The notes beneath the pieces were generated by a model. The model was not told the DNA's origin and ran no database searches. It saw nothing but the letters and a program-made list of their open reading frames with translations. From the NCBI GenBank assembly GCA_963764725.1, contig CAVXTM010000011.1, positions 288,001 through 352,000 of the forward strand: a stretch of DNA of 64,000 nucleotides, given 5' to 3'. The position numbers and the translations under genes were made by a program. Source of the stretch: an uncultured Gammaproteobacteria bacterium. GTDB lineage: Bacteria > Pseudomonadota > Gammaproteobacteria > JACCXJ01. Below, one piece after another: positions 1 to 8,586 of the stretch. The stretch's first letter is position 1, and every line of letters starts with the position of its first letter.

Positions 1-2
1 GC

Positions 3-1094
3 GTGTGTCCAAGAACGCCCGTAGCAGTCATCACCGCCCATGGCAGCATGGAAACCGCCATTCAGGCATTGAAATCCGGCGCCTTCGACTTCGTCACCAA
101 ACCCGTTGATCTGCCCGTGCTCCGCAACTTGGTCACGACCGCGCTCAAGCTCTCCGATGGGCGCCCGGAACCCGAGACGCAATTGATCGGCGAGTCGGAG
201 GCTATGCAAAGGACCCGCGCGACCATCGCGAAAGTGGCGCGCAGTCAAGCACCGGTTTATATCAGCGGCGAGTCGGGCACCGGCAAGGAGCTCGTGGCAC
301 GCATGATTCACGAACAAGGCGCGCGTTCGGGGCGCCCGTACATCCCGGTCAACTGCGGCGCGATCCCAAGCGATCTGCTCGAAAGCGAGTTCTTCGGGCA
401 TTTGAAAGGTAGCTTCACGGGGGCGGTCGCGAACAAACCGGGACTCTTTCAAGCCGCGCAGGGCGGAACCTTGTTCTTGGACGAGGCCGCTGAGCTGCCG
501 CTGCACATGCAGGTAAAGCTGCTGCGCGCGATTCAGGAGAAATCCATCCGGCCCGTCGGGGCCCAGCAAGAGCTTGCCGTCGATGCAAGGATCCTGAGCG
601 CCACGCACAAGGATCTCGCCGCTCTGGTCAGGGAGGGGCGTTTCCGCCAAGACCTCTATTACCGCATCAATGTGATCCAATTGTGTGTACCGCCATTACG
701 GGAACGGGGCGGAGACATTCCCGAGCTCGTCGCGTTTATCTTGAACCGGCTAACCGGGGCGAACGGACCCATCCCGCGGATCGCCGAGGAGGCGATGCAA
801 GCACTCGCGGATTATCCCTTCCCGGGCAATGTCAGAGAGCTCGAAAACATCCTCGAACGCGCCCTGACACTATGCGAAGGCGATCGGATCGAAGCGCGTG
901 ATCTCGACCTTCCTATACATGCTAATGAACCCGCCGGCCAGGTCGGGATCGAGGGTTATCTTAGCGAGATCGAACGGCAACAGATCCTCGCCGCGCTCGA
1001 GCAAGCGCGCTGGAACAAGACGGCGGCGGCCAAACTGCTTGGAATAAGTTTCCGAGCGCTGCGCTACCGGCTGGAGAAATTGGGTTTGGACTAA
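3..1094 (+). CDS. pilR: Sigma-54-dependent response regulator PilR (5'-truncated by window)
   Basis: Receiver-domain tail, Walker A GESGTGKE, GSFTGA (GAFTGA-like) motif, C-terminal Fis HTH (LGISFRALRYRLEKLG); lies upstream of pilin. Confidence 0.92.
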   Translation: MCPRTPVAVITAHGSMETAIQALKSGAFDFVTKPVDLPVLRNLVTTALKLSDGRPEPETQLIGESEAMQRTRATIAKVARSQAPVYISGESGTGKELVARMIHEQGARSGRPYIPVNCGAIPSDLLESEFFGHLKGSFTGAVANKPGLFQAAQGGTLFLDEAAELPLHMQVKLLRAIQEKSIRPVGAQQELAVDARILSATHKDLAALVREGRFRQDLYYRINVIQLCVPPLRERGGDIPELVAFILNRLTGANGPIPRIAEEAMQALADYPFPGNVRELENILERALTLCEGDRIEARDLDLPIHANEPAGQVGIEGYLSEIERQQILAALEQARWNKTAAAKLLGISFRALRYRLEKLGLD

Positions 1095-1171
1095 CCCGCG
1101 AAGTCCGGAACCGCTAAAACGATTAGACCGGCACTATCCTAAGGAACGTTAAAAGTTATACCATTTGTGTC

Positions 1172-1406
1172 GTGAGCCACACGGTGTTTCGAGAAGCCTG
1201 GTTTCGTTTCTATTTCTTTTCGCGTGAAGAACCTCGGATGCACGTTCATGTCCAGGAACAAAACGGGGAGGAGAAATTTTGGTTGGAACCGCAGATTAAG
1301 CTCGCGCAGAACTTCGGACTTCAGTCAAAAGACATTACCGACGCATTGCCCTGATTACGGAGCACGAAATATCCGCACAGCTTGGAACAGACATTTCGGA
1401 AGTTGA
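1172..1406 (+). pseudogene. DUF4160-family toxin, frameshifted
   Basis: N-terminus FRFYFFSREEPRMHVHV...KFWLEP stops at 1354; the typical C-terminus (IRTAWNRHFGS*) is in another frame ending 1406. Confidence 0.8.
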
Positions 1407-1642
1407 GGTCACGAACGTTTCGAAGCATGGTTTTTGGTTACTTATTTACGATCAGGAAGTCTTTGTCCCCTTTGACCAGTTTCCGTGGTTTAAAGAGGCC
1501 TCGATTGGTAAGTTGCTGCACGTAGAGCTACCCTCACCTTTATTGGCTAGATTTGGATATAGACCTTGCAGTGGAGTCGCTTTCTCATCCAGAACGATTT
1601 CCGTTGGTCAGCCGTATTGCTAACCTGGAACGCCCGGATTGA
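1370..1642 (+). pseudogene. DUF2442-family antitoxin, frameshifted, start codon not evident
   Basis: Manual translation LGTDISEVEVTNVSKHGFWLLIYDQEVFVPFDQFPWFKEASIGKLLHVELPS, frame change near 1537, then LYWLDLDIDLAVESLSHPERFPLVS; not in ORF track. Confidence 0.8.
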
Positions 1643-1710
1643 CATGCCGGCGGTAGCCAGGGCGGTAGTTATCATCGCGCCAGGGAGGGGACGGACCGAG
1701 GACCAATGCG

Positions 1711-1740
1711 TCGCGTCAAAAATGGACGAAATTGGTCATG
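1711..1740 (+). promoter_or_regulatory. Candidate PilR upstream activator sequence
   Basis: GTCAAAAATGGACGAAATTGGTCA about 80-100 bp upstream of the sigma-54 box; assigned by position and resemblance only. Confidence 0.4.
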
Positions 1741-1816
1741 TCCGGGGGGCTGCCTTTGGAGATAAGTCCATGACCCGCGTCGCGCAAACCGGCGTCGCAT
1801 CGCCCTTCGCGGCACC

Positions 1817-1832
1817 TGGCATACCTGCTGCA
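1817..1832 (+). promoter_or_regulatory. Sigma-54 (-24/-12) promoter of pilA
   Basis: TGGCATACCTGCTGCA = GG-N10-GC, between pilR and pilA. Confidence 0.85.
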
Positions 1833-1961
1833 CTATTGCGCTTAGCCACCGGAGATAACCGCGGTCGGCAAGGAAGAGGCCCGGTCGTTCAGTTAACGTG
1901 AATGCGCCATCTTTTCAGGGTCATTGAGCCATCCATTTTTAAGTAATTAGGAGATTTTCCA

Positions 1962-2510
1962 ATGAAGAAGTTTCAACAAGGTTTTACGTTGATTGAGTTG
2001 ATGATCGTGGTCGCGATCATCGGCATCTTGGCCGCGATTGCGATCCCGGCGTATCAGGACTATACGGTCCGTACGAAGGTCACCGAAGGGCTGAACCTTG
2101 CTTCGGCCGCGAAAATAGCCGTATCCGAAACCTGGGAGTCTAATGGTAGCCTCGTTGCCTTGACGAGTGGTCTTGCTCCGTGCGCAGCCACCATCAGTTA
2201 TTGCTTTTCCCCGACGAAGTTTGTCGCCGGTATAGCACTTAACGCCGGTGCAGCTGCTAGCAACGGTGAGATCACCGTTACCTATGATGTGACACCTAAT
2301 GGGATCCCGCAGCTTAATGTGCCTGCGGGTTCGAACGTGATGGTTTTGGTGCCAACCATTAACGCGGGAGGCGGCGCTGCCGTCCTCACTGCCGGTCTCG
2401 CTGGAGCCATTGACTGGCACTGCAAATCTGCCGCATCCACGTTTGGCTTGGGGACTGCGGGTACTGTCGAAGGCAAGTATGCGCCTGCCCAGTGTCGCGG
2501 TGCTGTGTAA
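1962..2510 (+). CDS. pilA: Type IVa major pilin
   Basis: Prepilin site QG|[37 protein letters not shown]-terminal disulfide region. Confidence 0.97.
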   Translation: MKKFQQGFTLIELMIVVAIIGILAAIAIPAYQDYTVRTKVTEGLNLASAAKIAVSETWESNGSLVALTSGLAPCAATISYCFSPTKFVAGIALNAGAAASNGEITVTYDVTPNGIPQLNVPAGSNVMVLVPTINAGGGAAVLTAGLAGAIDWHCKSAASTFGLGTAGTVEGKYAPAQCRGAV

Positions 2511-2543
2511 CGCAAGCTTCATTTGACGCTTGGCCACAAGCAG

Positions 2544-2570
2544 AAGCCCCTCCCCGGAGGGGCTTTTTTT
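2544..2570 (+). terminator. Rho-independent terminator after pilA
   Basis: AAGCCCCTC-cccg-GAGGGGCTT stem followed by T-run. Confidence 0.88.
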
Positions 2571-2590
2571 GTCCGTGTTATACTGCCGTC

Positions 2591-2842
2591 ATGACCAGCG
2601 TGACCTTTGATACACTCAAGTTCGTTGAAAAGCTAAAAGCCTCCGGTATGCCGGATGCGGAAGCCAAGGCGATCGCCGAAGCCTTACGTGATGCGCAGAG
2701 TGACGCCGAGTTAGTCACCAAAAAAGATTTGCAGATTGAGCTTGCGCCGCTTAAAAGCGACTTGTTACTGTTGAAATGGATGATGGGGTTGGTATTAGGC
2801 GGGGTTCTGGCGCTGATTTTACGGTCGTTTTTTCCAGGTTGA
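2591..2842 (+). CDS. DUF1640/CCDC90-like small coiled-coil membrane-anchored protein (copy 1)
   Basis: MTSVTFDTLKFVEKLKASGMPDAEAKAIAEA...LVTKKDL...LKWMMG plus C-terminal TM helix; start reassigned to ATG 2591. Confidence 0.85.
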   Translation: MTSVTFDTLKFVEKLKASGMPDAEAKAIAEALRDAQSDAELVTKKDLQIELAPLKSDLLLLKWMMGLVLGGVLALILRSFFPG

Positions 2843-2952
2843 TCCCCACCCAGGCTTCGATAACTCCTTAACGCCGATATTAAGCGCACGTGTTTGCGGC
2901 CGCCGCACCGCGGCGTTATGCTAATTGAAGTCTAGCTAACGCATCCAGCTCC

Positions 2953-3531
2953 ATGTCTAGCATTGCTCAAGCCTTATACCAGCGATACCGCCTGACGGTT
3001 GACGATTACCGCCGCATGAGCGAGGTGGGCATATTTCACGAGGACGATCGGGTGGAGCTTATCGATGGAGAAATCATAAAAATGGCGCCAATCGGTAGTC
3101 TGCACGCGGGAACGGTGGACCAGTTAACCCGCCTTTTTATCCTGACCTTCGGGCAAGACGCCATCATTCGCGTCCAAAGCCCGATTGTCCTGGACGATTA
3201 CTCAGAGCCCGAACCGGACCTTGCGCTGCTCACGCCGCGCGAGGATTTCTATAAATCCTCGCACCCCACCGCACGCGATCTCTTGCTCGTGGTCGAAATA
3301 GCTGATTCGTCGCTTGCCTATGATCGCGAGGTCAAGCTCCCCCTGTATGCGCGTTCCCACATACCGGAAGTCTGGATCGTGGACCTGGAGAACCGCTGCG
3401 TGCGGTTGTTTCAGGAGCCCGCCGAGAAAGGCTTTGCGCGCACGCGAACCCTCGCGCACCCCTACCTGCTGACGCCCTTGCGCTTGCAGGCGTGTGAAAT
3501 CGATCTAAGCGTCTTGTTCACGCGAGCTTAG
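2953..3531 (+). CDS. Uma2 (DUF820) family PD-(D/E)XK endonuclease
   Basis: LTVDDYRRM...RVELIDGEI, EPEPD, LVVEIADSSL.YDREVKLPLYA..IPEVWIVDL. Confidence 0.92.
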   Translation: MSSIAQALYQRYRLTVDDYRRMSEVGIFHEDDRVELIDGEIIKMAPIGSLHAGTVDQLTRLFILTFGQDAIIRVQSPIVLDDYSEPEPDLALLTPREDFYKSSHPTARDLLLVVEIADSSLAYDREVKLPLYARSHIPEVWIVDLENRCVRLFQEPAEKGFARTRTLAHPYLLTPLRLQACEIDLSVLFTRA

Positions 3532-3768
3532 CACGTACCAAGCGCAATTCTGGATCCCCGCGCCGCTCCTTTGATCCCGGCACGATCAATGGACCTCATC
3601 TTGCTTAATCCAAGCCAGGGCTTGGATTCGCCTATCCAAGCTACCGACGCTGGCTTTTTTTGAGGTGGCCAGGTCATAAAACTGGCGTGTTTCGAGATTC
3701 ATTAGCGAGGAAGACTCTGGATGGAACAATCGATTTCGACGTCCTGCGAGGAGACTCACGGCCAAGCC

Positions 3769-4533
3769 ATGAGCGCAAAAACAATGACGCGCTGGAAAGC
3801 CTCGGCCATCCATCTCTCCATCTGCGCCATCATCGCGCTCGCGGTGCTTGCCTGGATGCTATTCGTCTGGTATCCGGCGCCTTATTTCGAGGGTCTGGGC
3901 GCCGGAAAGCTTTCCATGACCATCATCGGGGTGGATGTGGTGATCGGCCCGCTCATCACGCTCATCATTTACAACCCGCTCAAGAAGAGCCTGCGGTTTG
4001 ACCTGGCCGTCGTGGCGCTCCTGCAATTGAGCGCCCTAGTTTATGGCGTATACGTGGTCTATGAAGCCCGCCCTGTCTACGTCGTATTTAATGTAGACCG
4101 GTTCGACGTGGTGGCGGCGAACGAGATCGACCCGCAAGAGCGCAAGAAAGTAACGCGCCCCGAATATCAATCCTTGCCGCTCACGGGACCCAAAATCGTC
4201 GCTGCGGTGCTGCCCTCCGATCGCGAAGAGCGACACCGGATCCTGTTCACTGCCGTGGGTGGGGGTTACGATTTGCCGAACTTCCCGCAACACTATGTGC
4301 CCTATGAAGAGCAGATGTCACAGGCAATCGCACGTTCCAGACCCTTGGACGAGCTCCAGCGACAGCGCGCGGAAGCTGAACCGCAACTCGCGGCCTTGAA
4401 GCAAAAGTTCGCCGGGCGCGCGAAAGACCTCGGTTTCCTTCCCGTGCGCGCCCGCAAACAAGATCTCACCGCCATCATCGATCGTAAGACCGGCGAGGTG
4501 CTCAATGTGTTGGCCATCGACCCGTGGGTGTGA
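3769..4533 (+). CDS. TfpX/TfpZ family type IV pilin accessory protein
   Basis: RWKASAIHL...WYPAPYF...VDVVIGPLITLII...DLAVVALLQLSALVYG...RPVYVVFNVDRFDVV; three N-terminal TMs; downstream of pilA; start approximate. Confidence 0.88.
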   Translation: MSAKTMTRWKASAIHLSICAIIALAVLAWMLFVWYPAPYFEGLGAGKLSMTIIGVDVVIGPLITLIIYNPLKKSLRFDLAVVALLQLSALVYGVYVVYEARPVYVVFNVDRFDVVAANEIDPQERKKVTRPEYQSLPLTGPKIVAAVLPSDREERHRILFTAVGGGYDLPNFPQHYVPYEEQMSQAIARSRPLDELQRQRAEAEPQLAALKQKFAGRAKDLGFLPVRARKQDLTAIIDRKTGEVLNVLAIDPWV

Positions 4534-4539
4534 TCCTGC

Positions 4540-4605
4540 GTAGGGTACCTCCCGAGCACCAAAATCCAAAAGCCGGCCCCGCGAGGTGCTCGGTGCGCGT
4601 GCTAC
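4540..4605. repeat. Degenerate inverted pair of GTAG-family REP-like sequences
   Basis: GTAGGGTACCTCCCGAGCACC ... GGTGCTCGGTGCGCGTGCTAC; perfect 9-bp IR 4552-4560/4585-4593 with GTAG/CTAC ends. Confidence 0.5.
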
Positions 4606-4614
4606 ACTGCAGCT

Positions 4615-4857
4615 ATGGCAACCGTCACCTTTGATACCCTCAAGTTCGTCGAAAGGCTCAAGGCCGCTGGCGTCCCCGAGGCCCAGGCCAAGGCAATGGC
4701 GGAAGCGCAACAAGAGGCGCTTTCGGAATCAGTCGCCACGCAGTTTGCGACCAAGGCGGATCTCGCCGAGCTCAAGTTGGACGTGATCAAATGGATGGTG
4801 GGGCTTGCCCTCGCGCAGATATCCTTGTTGGTCGGAATATTGGTCAGGCTACTGTGA
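4615..4857 (+). CDS. DUF1640/CCDC90-like protein (copy 2)
   Basis: MATVTFDTLKFVERLKAAGVPEAQAKAMAEA...ATKADL...IKWMVGL plus TM helix. Confidence 0.85.
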   Translation: MATVTFDTLKFVERLKAAGVPEAQAKAMAEAQQEALSESVATQFATKADLAELKLDVIKWMVGLALAQISLLVGILVRLL

Positions 4858-4915
4858 CTTCACGTCGTAAGCGCGGGACAGTCTAGCCCGAATCGTTCGA
4901 GCAGGCTTAGCCAGC

Positions 4916-4946
4916 GTAGTCCGGATAAAGCGAAGCACGATCCGGG
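4916..4946 (+). repeat. GTAG-family REP-like palindrome
   Basis: GTAGTCCGGAT-aaagcgaagcacg-ATCCGGG. Confidence 0.55.
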
Positions 4947-5049
4947 AACAACGTCGACCGCTCCCCGGACGGCTTTCTATCTGGTCCGAGCATAACGCGC
5001 CCTGTGCGTACGGCGGCCGCTGCCCCTGCACTCAGTCTCGCCGGATTAC

Positions 5050-5430
5050 TCATTTCGCGAGTGAACCCGGGATGTTCGGACTCTCGGGGTTAACGTCGAT
5101 GGTCTGGCGGTTCGGCACCAATACCAGATCCATATCTTCCATCGGAATCGCTCCGAGCAACGGTTCATCGCCTATCACCATCGCCCCGGTGAAGCAGCGC
5201 CGGTTCTTGAACCTGACCTCGATGGGACCGACGTAAGGCACGGCAACCCTATGACCATTCGTCAGCGTCACCTCCCGCTTTTCAAGCTCGCCCAGGTCAA
5301 GTTGAATGGCCAGACGCTCGGGAATACAGAGATGAACGGCGCCGGTATCGACGAGTGCCTTGACACTGACCGGCTCTAAGCCCTCCCTGGCCGGATTCCT
5401 GAGCGTAAGCTCAGTTCGGATGATGCCCAT
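5050..5430 (-). CDS. Clan AA (retropepsin-like) aspartic protease, AF_0612-like
   Basis: ALVDTGA catalytic motif and PLLGAIPMEDMDL; start reassigned to MGII at 5430. Confidence 0.88.
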   Translation of the reverse strand: MGIIRTELTLRNPAREGLEPVSVKALVDTGAVHLCIPERLAIQLDLGELEKREVTLTNGHRVAVPYVGPIEVRFKNRRCFTGAMVIGDEPLLGAIPMEDMDLVLVPNRQTIDVNPESPNIPGSLAK

Positions 5431-5814
5431 GCTGTTTTCCGTTAATCGCGAGGCCGTATATATAGTGAGACTAGAGTGTGTGTTCTGCGCAGGCAACGGG
5501 TGGTCATGATAGCAGTTTCGCGTTGGAAGGACGGGCAGGCGCGAAGGAGGTGGTCCATCCTTGGACCTCATCCGCATCCGTGCGCCGCATGCAGGCTTCC
5601 GGCAATTTCGTTCCGGGGCCACCTTGCAATGCGGTAATTTTATCGGACCGTGGATGGCGTATCTTTAACGCCCTGGCCCATCCCGGGACGGTTATGACAC
5701 TAACTGTGAACGCTGTTTCACCCCGGGTGCCGACGCGTTGACCGGGGCGCATCCGGCGTGGTAGGGCCGCAGCTTCGTCCGTGGCAGCCGGGTGGCCGCC
5801 GCGGGTAGTAAATG

Positions 5815-6621
5815 TCAAACGGCGGGAAAATCCGGGTTGGGCTTGATGAAGGGTTCGAGGGTCTTGAGGATTTCCTTGTGTACTTTAGGCCCGCCGGTGA
5901 CGACGTTTCCGGAGCGGAGATAGCCGGGCCCTCCTTCCAGATCGCTAACGATACCGCCGGCTTCGAGGATCAAGAGCGCACCCGCGGCGATGTCCCATTG
6001 TTTCAATCCGAATTCCCAGAAGCCATCCAAGCGCCCGCAAGCCACGTAGGCGAGGTCCAGCGCCGCCGATCCGGCCCGGCGTATTCCAGAGGTCACTTCG
6101 ATCAGCGTTTTGAGCATCGCGAGGTAGCGGTCGAGGTGCTGCAATTCCCGGAACGGGAACCCGGTGCCCAACAAGGCCCCCGGCAAGTTAGGGTGTTGAG
6201 TGACGCGGATGCGGCGATCGTTCAGGAGCGCCCCCTCCCCGCGGCTCGCCGTGAACAACTCCTGCCGCAGCGGGTCGTAAACCACGGCCTGGTCCAGCCG
6301 CCCCCTATGCCTCAAGGCGATGGACACGGCGAATTGCGGAAACCCGTGTATGAAGTTGGTCGTGCCATCCAAGGGATCGACGACCCATTGGTACTCGTCG
6401 CTCCCGTGAGTGCCGCTCTCCTCGGCCAAGATGGCATGGTTTGGATAAGCCTTGAGGAGGATCTTGATGATCGCACCCTCGGCCAGTCGATCAACCTCCG
6501 TAACAAAGTCGTTCTGTTGTTTGGTATCGATACTCAAGCCTTGAACGCGGTCGAGGTGCCTAACGATAATATCACCCCCCCTGCGCGCGGCGCGAATTGC
6601 GATATTGAGCATGGGGTGCAT
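5815..6621 (-). CDS. suhB: Inositol-1-monophosphatase SuhB
   Basis: MHPMLNIAIRAAR, WVVDPLDGTTNF, WDIAAG. Confidence 0.96.
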   Translation of the reverse strand: MHPMLNIAIRAARRGGDIIVRHLDRVQGLSIDTKQQNDFVTEVDRLAEGAIIKILLKAYPNHAILAEESGTHGSDEYQWVVDPLDGTTNFIHGFPQFAVSIALRHRGRLDQAVVYDPLRQELFTASRGEGALLNDRRIRVTQHPNLPGALLGTGFPFRELQHLDRYLAMLKTLIEVTSGIRRAGSAALDLAYVACGRLDGFWEFGLKQWDIAAGALLILEAGGIVSDLEGGPGYLRSGNVVTGGPKVHKEILKTLEPFIKPNPDFPAV

Positions 6622-6713
6622 CGGTGGCTTGCCTCGGGGGTTGCGTAGTTACGGATCGAGCGCGAAATTCTATCCAACAATGAGCGTTTAAGCGAAACAG
6701 GCTTGAATCCCGG

Positions 6714-7466
6714 ATGAATAGTGGCGCTTTGGCAAAACTGCGCTTTGTGCTGGTGCGGCCGACGCATCCCGGCAATATTGGCGCCAGTGCGCGCGCGTTG
6801 AAGACCATGGGACTCAGGCGTCTCTTCCTCGTGGCGCCTAATCGCTATCCTTCGGCCGACGCCACAGCGATGGCCGCCGGAGCCGCCGATGTGCTGCGGG
6901 AGACCGTGATCTGTAGATCGCCCGCCGAGGCCGTGCGCGGATGCGGTCTGGTGGTCGGTGCCAGCGCTCGCGCTCGCAGCATCCCTTGGCCGACTGTCTC
7001 CGCGCGCGAAGGCGCGTCACGAATCCTCGAGGCGACCGCGCGCGGCGAGGTTGCTGTTCTCTTCGGGCCGGAGCATTCCGGCCTCAGCAATACCGAGGTC
7101 GAGCTTTGCCAGCTTTTGGTCAAGGTGCCGACTGCCCCGGAGTATTCCTCACTCAATCTCGCGGCTGCGGTTCAGATCATTGCCTACGAATTGCGCCAAG
7201 CCGCGATGCCTCACCATGCGGCGGATCTCGCTATCGAACGCGCCGCGACCACCGACGAGATGGCGCGGCTTTACCTGCACCTCGAAGAGACCATGATCGA
7301 TGCCGGGTTCCTCGATCCGGAGAAACCGCGCCGGCTCATGCGGCGCATGCGGCGATTGTTTAATCGCGTTAGCCTCGATCAGAACGAGCTAAACATCCTG
7401 CGCGGGTTTCTCGCAGCGGCGCAGGCAAAGATAAAAACCAAGGTTTCTGGTGGTCTTGAGCGCTAG
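6714..7466 (+). CDS. trmJ: tRNA (C32/U32) 2'-O-methyltransferase TrmJ
   Basis: HPGNIGASARALKTMG, FGPEHSGL, SSLNLAAAVQ; divergent from suhB. Confidence 0.9.
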   Translation: MNSGALAKLRFVLVRPTHPGNIGASARALKTMGLRRLFLVAPNRYPSADATAMAAGAADVLRETVICRSPAEAVRGCGLVVGASARARSIPWPTVSAREGASRILEATARGEVAVLFGPEHSGLSNTEVELCQLLVKVPTAPEYSSLNLAAAVQIIAYELRQAAMPHHAADLAIERAATTDEMARLYLHLEETMIDAGFLDPEKPRRLMRRMRRLFNRVSLDQNELNILRGFLAAAQAKIKTKVSGGLER

Positions 7467-8512
7467 CCGACGTCGATGACGACGCGCGCATCATCTTCCC
7501 GCGCTTCCACCCAACCGATCCGCCAAGCGGACTCGCCGCCGTGCCGGAGGTGTTCGAGCGCCCCGCCGGCATCGTCTGGGCTCACGATCACGACCATGCC
7601 GATACCGCAGTTGAACGTCCGGTACATCTCCCGCGCTTCGATGTCGCCGGCATCTCGGATCCATTCAAAGATCGGCGGCCACGGCCACTCCGTGGTTGCA
7701 ATCACGGCCCTAGTACCCGGAGGCATGATGCGCGGCAAGTTGTCGATGAAGCCCCCGCCCGTGATATGGGCGATGGCCCGGGGGCGGACGCTACGAAGCA
7801 AGGCAAGGATCGTCTTCACGTAGATGCGGGTCGGTTCCATCAAGGTATCGGCGAGGCTGCGGCCGCCGAGATCCATGGTCAAATCCGCGCCCGAGTCGGT
7901 GATCAATTTTCGGATCAATGAATAGCCGTTGGCGTGCGGACCGCTCGAACCGATACCGATGATGGCGTCGCCCGGGATCACCCCACGCCCGTCGATAAGC
8001 CAATCTTCCTCAACGACGCCGACACAGAATCCGGCGAGATCGTAGTCGGCTTTTTGATACAAGCCCGGCATCTCGGCCGTCTCGCCGCCGATGAGTGCCA
8101 TCCCGGCCAGCTCGCAGCCTCGGGCGATGCCTGCGACCACGTGCTCGGCGGTGTCGAGGTTTAGCCGGCCCGTGGCGAAGTAATCGAGGAAGAACAGCGG
8201 CTCCGCGCCTTGCACGACCACGTCGTTCGCGCACATCGCGACGAGATCGATGCCGATCGTCCGGTGCCGATCGAGGTCAATCGCGAGTTTGAGCTTGGTA
8301 CCTACGCCATCGGTCGAGGAGACCAACAGCGGTTTGCGATAATTCAATCCGGCGAGGCTGAAAAGTGCCCCGAAGCCGCCGATTCCGCTCGCCACCCCTG
8401 GCCGGTGAGTCGCGTGCGCATACGGTTTTATGCGCCGCACGAACTCGTTGCCACGCTCGATGTCGACGCCCGCGTCCCGGTAGGTCGCCCCCTTTTTTTG
8501 GCCGTTTTGCAT
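7463..8512 (-). CDS. purM: Phosphoribosylaminoimidazole synthetase
   Basis: TYRDAGVDI, TDGVGTKL, GGETAEMPG, TFNCGIG; start reassigned to 8512. Confidence 0.97.
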   Translation of the reverse strand: MQNGQKKGATYRDAGVDIERGNEFVRRIKPYAHATHRPGVASGIGGFGALFSLAGLNYRKPLLVSSTDGVGTKLKLAIDLDRHRTIGIDLVAMCANDVVVQGAEPLFFLDYFATGRLNLDTAEHVVAGIARGCELAGMALIGGETAEMPGLYQKADYDLAGFCVGVVEEDWLIDGRGVIPGDAIIGIGSSGPHANGYSLIRKLITDSGADLTMDLGGRSLADTLMEPTRIYVKTILALLRSVRPRAIAHITGGGFIDNLPRIMPPGTRAVIATTEWPWPPIFEWIRDAGDIEAREMYRTFNCGIGMVVIVSPDDAGGALEHLRHGGESAWRIGWVEAREDDARVVIDVG

Positions 8513-8586
8513 CGGCTTATGGTAGCGGCGCGCGATTCGCGCGGCAAACCTTGACGACGGCCGCTGTCTTAGCATACGTTCCGCGC

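Noticed and set aside
1566-1901. 111-aa ORF upstream of pilA
   Set aside because: Overlaps the DUF2442 relic and the pilA promoter; no protein-like features
2854-2880. Sigma-28 promoter upstream of Uma2 (GCCGATAT)
   Set aside because: No TAAA/TCAA-like -35 at 15-bp spacing
5431-5814. ncRNA or gene in the suhB-protease gap (ORFs 5478-5741, 5504-5818)
   Set aside because: Only short scattered hairpins; the translations show no recognisable motif
5812-6648. Long antisense ORFs (also 14467-15357, 35156-35992, 36255-37181 and others)
   Set aside because: Shadow frames of well-identified genes, expected in high-GC DNA
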